A stretch of 64,000 nucleotides of DNA. Source: Candidatus Micrarchaeota archaeon. GTDB taxonomy: Archaea > Micrarchaeota > Micrarchaeia > Anstonellales > Bilamarchaeaceae. Within the stretch, counting starts at the first letter, position 1; each line of letters begins with the position of its first letter. Positions 58,760-64,000 of this stretch are shown here, in pieces. The stretch is taken from contig JBDRIM010000041.1 of NCBI GenBank assembly GCA_043816005.1, positions 19,509 to 83,508 on the forward strand, in the 5' to 3' direction. Both the position numbers and the translations under genes were made by a program. Below the pieces are notes generated by a model. It had not been told where the DNA came from, ran no database searches, and saw only the letters and a list, made by a program, of their open reading frames with translations.

Positions 58760-59334
58760 TGTTTTTCACCTTTTGATTCGGTTTTTTTTGGTTCACTTTC
58801 AACCTTTGGTTCAGCTTTTATTACATCAGTTGCAGCTGGTTTCTTGGTTGTAGTTTTTTGTTTCTGTTTTGGAACTTTTCGTGGTTTTGATACATATTCT
58901 GCTTTTGGAGGTTCGTAGTCTTTTGCAACGAATTTGTTATCCTTTAAGTAAAGTAAAAATGCTCGTTTATTTCTAAATATTCCACTTTTTAGTTTTTTGT
59001 AAAGGATTCTTTTTTCTTTTTTATCCACTGCATTATTTGCAAGTAGCATAGAAAGAAATCTTCTCTGAGCACGTATTTTCACCATCCAAACTTTTTTACT
59101 GTCTTGCGTGCTACTTCCTTTCCTGTGTCCATGACCACGCCTGGTCTTTTTTTTGGTGCTTGTCCTACCTGCATTTTTAAGCTTGATAACAATACCCTTT
59201 TCGATCAAACCTTTAACATCAGATCGAGTGAGCGCACCTTCTGCATCTTTCAATCCCTCTGGATTTATCCTGATTTTATTTTCACCCACGCTGAGAATAT
59301 CAGCCGCAAGTCTTCTTACAGTTGCAAGTGTCAT
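58756..59334 (-). CDS. rpl19e: 50S ribosomal protein L19e
   Basis: RRLAADIL.VG; RRGHGHRKG; W..KIRAQR. Confidence 0.93.
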   Translation of the reverse strand: MTLATVRRLAADILSVGENKIRINPEGLKDAEGALTRSDVKGLIEKGIVIKLKNAGRTSTKKKTRRGHGHRKGSSTQDSKKVWMVKIRAQRRFLSMLLANNAVDKKEKRILYKKLKSGIFRNKRAFLLYLKDNKFVAKDYEPPKAEYVSKPRKVPKQKQKTTTKKPAATDVIKAEPKVESEPKKTESKGEKQ

Positions 59335-59741
59335 GAACGTTCACCTTTTTTTCTAACCGTATCTTTATTTACACCAGTCTTTTTCGGAAGGAATTTTTTC
59401 TTTTCTCCGCCAGCGTTAACAACTTTTAAGCCAAGTGTTTTTACCTTATCAACGAGAATTTTCCTTTTCTTTCCACCGACACCAGAAGCAATACGAACTA
59501 AAACATTCTTAAGACCTTCAAGCTCGGTAAGATTATGAACCAGGATTTCTTTTAGACCTGCTCGTAACCCTCTTATTGCGGCTGCATTTTTGTAACCAAT
59601 ATTAGGTAGTGCACCAGCCCATTTGAATTTCATTCTCTTCTTGTTGTGTGTTCCTCGTGGTTTTCTCCATCTTGCCTTTACGCTTTTCATGAAACCGAGA
59701 TTCGGAACATTAAATTTTGGTTTTTTCTTTTTTGTTACCAT
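59331..59741 (-). CDS. rpl32e: 50S ribosomal protein L32e
   Basis: KKPKF; WRKPRG; IASGVG. Confidence 0.93.
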   Translation of the reverse strand: MVTKKKKPKFNVPNLGFMKSVKARWRKPRGTHNKKRMKFKWAGALPNIGYKNAAAIRGLRAGLKEILVHNLTELEGLKNVLVRIASGVGGKKRKILVDKVKTLGLKVVNAGGEKKKFLPKKTGVNKDTVRKKGERS

Positions 59742-60231
59742 TAAGAATCACCTTTTATTTCGTAGATGCCATCTTGGAAGATTCTGCCGTCTTTATCTTT
59801 TATTCGCATGGCAGTTACCAGATTGGCAATTGTTTGTCCAACAGCTTCTTTATCCGGACCTGAAACCGTAACTGCCTGGCCTTTTGCTTGGACTTTAGTT
59901 GTACCTATTGATTTTGTTTTCCGTGCTTGTTTTTCACCTAAAAAGTTCTTAATCATAATTTCAGTGCCTTTTGATTCGATTGTTATTGGAAAATGTGCAT
60001 AAAGTAGTTTGAAATTTCTTGTGTAACCTTCAGTAACTCCTTTGAACATGTTCATTACAATTGCTTCGTTAGTACCTTTAAGAGCTTTTGATAGTGTATG
60101 GACTTCGATTTTATCTCCGTCAATCTTTACAGTTATGCCTTTTGCAATAGTTTTCGTAACTTCGCCATGTGGACCTTTGGCAGATAATTTATTTCCGTCA
60201 ATCTTTACAGTATGCCTTTTGGAATTTCCAT
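59741..60231 (-). CDS. rpl6: 50S ribosomal protein L6, with a one-base deletion near 60210
   Basis: MEIPKGI, then after +1 base TVKIDGN...KGPHG...NMFKGV...YAHFP...FQDGIY; 163 aa when repaired. Confidence 0.9.
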
Positions 60232-60240
60232 GAATAACAC

Positions 60241-60624
60241 CTAGTAGACGTAAGCAAGAAGTCTTCCGCCGACGTGCTTTTTTTCTGCCTCATTATTTGT
60301 CATAATCCCATTTGGAGTTGAAACTATCAATAGACCAACACCAAAACCTGGAATGAATTCCTGTTCTCTTTTTGCCCAATCAGATCGTTTTACGGGCATT
60401 CTGGGCTTGATAACACCACAATCATTTATTCTACCGTCTAAATGTACTTCGAACCATCCACCACGACTATTTTCTAATTTTTTATAGTCCTTGAGATATT
60501 TGTTGTCCTTGAGAACTTTGAGTATGTCAGCAATTATCTTAGTTGCTTTCACAGTACAAATATTCTGCCCAACTATTTCATGGGTTTTTATCGTATTAAG
60601 GGCATCTGCCAAGTGATCTGTCAT
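60241..60624 (-). CDS. rps8: 30S ribosomal protein S8
   Basis: DHLADAL; GRINDCGVIKPR; GGRLLAYVY. Confidence 0.95.
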   Translation of the reverse strand: MTDHLADALNTIKTHEIVGQNICTVKATKIIADILKVLKDNKYLKDYKKLENSRGGWFEVHLDGRINDCGVIKPRMPVKRSDWAKREQEFIPGFGVGLLIVSTPNGIMTNNEAEKKHVGGRLLAYVY

Positions 60625-60628
60625 GTTT

Positions 60629-60790
60629 TCAACCTCCGTATTTGCGGAAACCAATGCTTTCGGCCATTTCTCTAAAGCATCTTCTACACACAAGCAACCT
60701 GTATTTTCTAATCAAGGCTCTTGAGTTGCCGCAATTTCGGCAAACCCGTTTTCCTTTTCCCTTGTATCTTTCATCAGATGTCATTTTCAT
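60629..60790 (-). CDS. rps14: 30S ribosomal protein S14 (zinc type)
   Basis: Hand translation [11 protein letters not shown]...[21 protein letters not shown]. Confidence 0.92.
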   Translation of the reverse strand: MKMTSDERYKGKGKRVCRNCGNSRALIRKYRLLVCRRCFREMAESIGFRKYGG

Positions 60791-60795
60791 AAAAA

Positions 60796-61308
60796 TCACT
60801 CTAATTTCGCGCTAAGAATATTTTTTGCAAACTCCATTGCTTCATCTCTCGTTACGCGATGATGTTTACCAATTTTGGCTGATCTAAGTTTTCGTATTGC
60901 AACTCTTCTGCCTTTGCGCGCTAGTGAAACACAAATATCAAAACCAAACATTGGAATTCCAGGATCATATTTTGCACCTGGAAAATCTATATATTCCTGG
61001 ACTCCGAATGCAAAATTACCTTGTCTATCGAAGTTGGATAACTTGAGTTGTCTTCTTTTTGCATTAAGTGCCTTGTCTAAAAATGTTTTCGCTGCATCCC
61101 CGCGCAGAGTAACTTTTGCACCTATTGAAAGGCCTTTTCTTAATTTGAAAACAGGATCTCTTCTTCTAGCGTGAGTCTCAACAGGAATACCTTCAGTTAA
61201 TCTTTCTAATAAAGATTTGGCCTGCTCAAGTTTATCTCCTGGTGCGCCAACACCTATATTTACTGTGACTTTTTCTATTAATATCTCCCGCATTTTATTA
61301 TCAGTCAT
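60796..61308 (-). CDS. rpl5: 50S ribosomal protein L5
   Basis: [25 protein letters not shown]. Confidence 0.95.
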   Translation of the reverse strand: MTDNKMREILIEKVTVNIGVGAPGDKLEQAKSLLERLTEGIPVETHARRRDPVFKLRKGLSIGAKVTLRGDAAKTFLDKALNAKRRQLKLSNFDRQGNFAFGVQEYIDFPGAKYDPGIPMFGFDICVSLARKGRRVAIRKLRSAKIGKHHRVTRDEAMEFAKNILSAKLE

Positions 61309-61356
61309 TTAAATCGCCTCGATTTAAAGTTTTGAAAATTATTATTTTCAAAATCA

Positions 61357-62070
61357 TTAGCTGTCACCCGTGAATTGTTCATCAACAACAAAGAGATACT
61401 TTGCAACTGTGATGAATTCATCTTTGTGATCTTTTACAACCGCTTCGTTTGGTTTTCCACCTTTTCTTTCGATGATTTCCTTAAGTGTTACTATCTTTCC
61501 TGCGTGTGTACCTTCCATGATAAGACAACGTGATCCAATATCTCGTTTTAAGTGATTTTTGAGTTTGCCATCTGGTAAAGTCACAAGAACGCTATCACCA
61601 ACATGTAAGTGATTGTCTCCAATCATGTTTTTACCATCGTGAAATGTGTATGTGAGTTTCCCGCCAGAAACCGTGTGTTTTTTGATCACCTTACAAATCT
61701 TTGAGGCTGCATTGTCTTTGGTTATTTCTGTTGGTATTAGACGACCTTTTCGATCAACAGTAATGCGAAAATTTTTGCTGATTTTTGGAAATGACACTAC
61801 ATCCATCAAACCAACTGGGAATTTTTCTTCCGTTCTAACCCGACCATCAACTTCTACCAGTCTGTTTGAGAGGATTCTTTTTGCTTCTCTCATAGTTGTA
61901 GCAACCTTAAGAACATCACGCACTAAGACCCCCAATGGAATTGCTTTTTTCTTAGGATGTGGTCCTGCAATGGATTTTGTCATCCAAGTTTTTGCTTTTC
62001 TATCATGAACGGGAATTGCTTTTGGTGATGCAATTCTCTTCAGATGTTTTGTTCCTCCTCTTTTTGCCAT
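61357..62070 (-). CDS. rps4e: 30S ribosomal protein S4e
   Basis: HLKRIASP; GPH; VDGRVR; PVGLMDV. Confidence 0.95.
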   Translation of the reverse strand: MAKRGGTKHLKRIASPKAIPVHDRKAKTWMTKSIAGPHPKKKAIPLGVLVRDVLKVATTMREAKRILSNRLVEVDGRVRTEEKFPVGLMDVVSFPKISKNFRITVDRKGRLIPTEITKDNAASKICKVIKKHTVSGGKLTYTFHDGKNMIGDNHLHVGDSVLVTLPDGKLKNHLKRDIGSRCLIMEGTHAGKIVTLKEIIERKGGKPNEAVVKDHKDEFITVAKYLFVVDEQFTGDS

Positions 62071-62144
62071 AAAAATTTCACCTCATGATGTGATATTAGA
62101 AATTTTTAGTATCGATCGATTCATCGATCGATGCCATAGTAATA

Positions 62145-62669
62145 TCACCTTATTTTTTTATTATTATCAACTTTCATTTTCACATCTTGTATATGTGGCA
62201 TGCTTGCTGGTGAGTCAACTTTTTTATCAGTCTTTACTTCAGTTTTTGACTCTGTAGTTTCGGTCTTTATTTCAGTTTTTACTTCTGCTTTTGGTTCTTT
62301 TTTGACCTCTTTTTTCTTGAAAGCATCATCACTGAATATTTCTTTTCGTTCTGGTGTTGATTCAAGCGAAACAAGCAAAAGATTTGAAGGTTGAATAGCA
62401 AGTTTGACTTCTTTTCCTTTTGCAGTTTTTGCAGTTATACCCTCAAGAAAAACAAGTCTTTTTACAACACTGACTTCTCCAACTTTTGCTTCTTTTCCTT
62501 TTTCAGGTCCACGCATAATCTTTACTGTGTCACCTTTGCGAATGAGTAGGGATCTTTTCTTTACTGTGAGTTTGCCCCGTAACTGTTTTGAAAGATGAAC
62601 ATGAAGTCTGTTCTTTTTTCTATGGAGTTTTTCCTTATAATATCTTTTTCTTTCAGTATCTGATTTCAT
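62145..62669 (-). CDS. rpl24: 50S ribosomal protein L24
   Basis: LSKQLR; KGDTVKIMRG; PSN; K/E/T-rich tail. Confidence 0.92.
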   Translation of the reverse strand: MKSDTERKRYYKEKLHRKKNRLHVHLSKQLRGKLTVKKRSLLIRKGDTVKIMRGPEKGKEAKVGEVSVVKRLVFLEGITAKTAKGKEVKLAIQPSNLLLVSLESTPERKEIFSDDAFKKKEVKKEPKAEVKTEIKTETTESKTEVKTDKKVDSPASMPHIQDVKMKVDNNKKIR

Positions 62670-63068
62670 TTAAACAACCCCTGCAGAAATAGCAGCAACT
62701 TTTGGAAATCGCTCTGCGATTTCTCTTGCCACAACACCCTTGATTTCAGTCCCAACTGGAAGGAAATCATCATTAACTAAAACTGCTGCATTGTCTTCAA
62801 AGGACATTCTTACACCATTTGCCCTTCTGAATTCTTTCTTTTGTCTTACAATAAGCGCTTTTACGACTTTTTTAACCATATCAGGCTTTCCTTTTCTTAC
62901 TGATGCTATGACAATGTCCCCTATACCTAATTGCGGCCCTCTACCTCGAGTACCCTTATAACGTAATGCACTTATTATATAGACCATTTTAGCACCGCTA
63001 TTATCAGTACAAGTCATAATTGTCCCAGTAGTCAATGTTTTTGTTATTGTACTCGTCAATCCTTTCAT
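62670..63068 (-). CDS. rpl14: 50S ribosomal protein L14
   Basis: DNSGAK; VRQKKEFRR; FEDNAAV. Confidence 0.96.
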   Translation of the reverse strand: MKGLTSTITKTLTTGTIMTCTDNSGAKMVYIISALRYKGTRGRGPQLGIGDIVIASVRKGKPDMVKKVVKALIVRQKKEFRRANGVRMSFEDNAAVLVNDDFLPVGTEIKGVVAREIAERFPKVAAISAGVV

Positions 63069-63367
63069 GAATGTTCACCTTCGAGAATAGAAATAACTGT
63101 CCATGCTTTTGTCTTGCTGATTTTTCTTGTTTCAGACAAACTAACAAAATCCCCAACCTTGGCATTTATACATCCAGGATTGTGTGCAGCGATTCTTGAT
63201 GTTCCTCGCGCCCATTTTCTATATTTTGGAAAATATTGGGTTTGTGTTCTCTCAACAACAACCGTGTGTCTGCCTTTTGCACTTATAACTTGTCCGCCAA
63301 GAGTTTCTCCCCTAACTTTTATACTTCCATGTTTGAAGCATTTTTTATCATCACATTTGTCTACCAT
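63065..63367 (-). CDS. rps17: 30S ribosomal protein S17
   Basis: CDDKKCFKHG; AHNPGC; ETRKISKTK. Confidence 0.95.
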   Translation of the reverse strand: MVDKCDDKKCFKHGSIKVRGETLGGQVISAKGRHTVVVERTQTQYFPKYRKWARGTSRIAAHNPGCINAKVGDFVSLSETRKISKTKAWTVISILEGEHS

Positions 63368-63771
63368 TATATCACCTTTGAAAGATGAATTATGAACAAT
63401 TCACCGACTGCAGTCTCACTCTCTAGAGTGTGGTCGTGAAACTGATTTAATACATGATGCAGTAAATCTTAAGGTAATGAGCCAAAAGGTGTTTACTGAT
63501 CTTAGTGATTTATCTTGTTGTTTTGGAAATAGAATTTCCAAACATGACAAATTTATGAATTTGTCCTTAGATAAGTGTCACTATGCTATTGTTGCTATGC
63601 AACAATGGCTGTCAAGAACGCGTACGTTCTTGCCATGCTAGAGTTAGCAGGTGTAATTAGGATACATATATTTTTAAATGCGATCCACAGTCGAAAATTC
63701 ATTTTACCATCTAGGAGTTCAGTAGAATGAATTAGAAAATAGAAGATAAAATTAAAAATAAGAAAAATTAA

Positions 63772-64000
63772 TTAGAGATTAACTTTCAAACCAAGCTCTT
63801 TTTTTAGTTCACGATAGCGGTTTCTGATCGTAACTTCAGTAACCCCAGCTACATCTGCAACTTCCTTCTGAGTTTTTTTCTCGCCATGCATAGCACTTGC
63901 AATGTAAAGTGCTGCTGCAGCCACACCAGTTGGACCTCTTCCTGAGATTAAGCCTTTTTTCAAAGCTTTTTTGATAAGTTTCACAGACTCTTCCTGAACT
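63772..64000 (-). CDS. tfb: Transcription initiation factor IIB, C-terminal part (runs off window)
   Basis: [32 protein letters not shown]. Confidence 0.95.
   Translation of the reverse strand, partial: VQEESVKLIKKALKKGLISGRGPTGVAAAALYIASAMHGEKKTQKEVADVAGVTEVTIRNRYRELKKELGLKVNL

Noticed and set aside
1..64000. Additional remote VR copies and the many antisense ORFs in the track
   Set aside because: No second TR match was noticed by eye (a computed search is needed to be sure); the antisense ORFs are shadows of well-supported genes.

Overview
AT-rich archaeal chromosome segment. It carries archaeal r-proteins, EF-2, TFB, Cdc6, aRF1, NMD3 and Rpp21; the gene style suggests DPANN, possibly Micrarchaeota (inference only). 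Most of the window is housekeeping: S12-S7-EF2, the S17-to-secY-adk cluster, glmS, IDI-2, serS, cysS, AsnA. The standout is a ~6 kb integrative island at the 3' end of an intron-containing tRNA-Leu(TAG) (30670-36718, 11-bp att repeat). It encodes a tyrosine integrase, two unknown genes, a candidate toxin-antitoxin pair and a diversity-generating retroelement (DGR). The DGR has an 84-bp TR/VR pair whose 9 mismatches all fall at TR adenines, a GAA-loop homing hairpin, a VR in the middle of its target ORF, no visible avd, and an RT split by a G9 tract. A remnant of a second, related RT lies just beyond attR. Other signals: four tRNAs with six introns, several sharing a palindromic repeat that also occurs outside tRNAs; a dispersed family of variable-stem hairpins in intergenic DNA; a candidate ~260-nt structured RNA at 2704-2966; and a beta-carbonic-anhydrase-like protein with its motifs in reversed order. 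Single-base indels in cysK and rpl6 suggest the assembly may contain indel errors, which weakens any frameshift interpretation.
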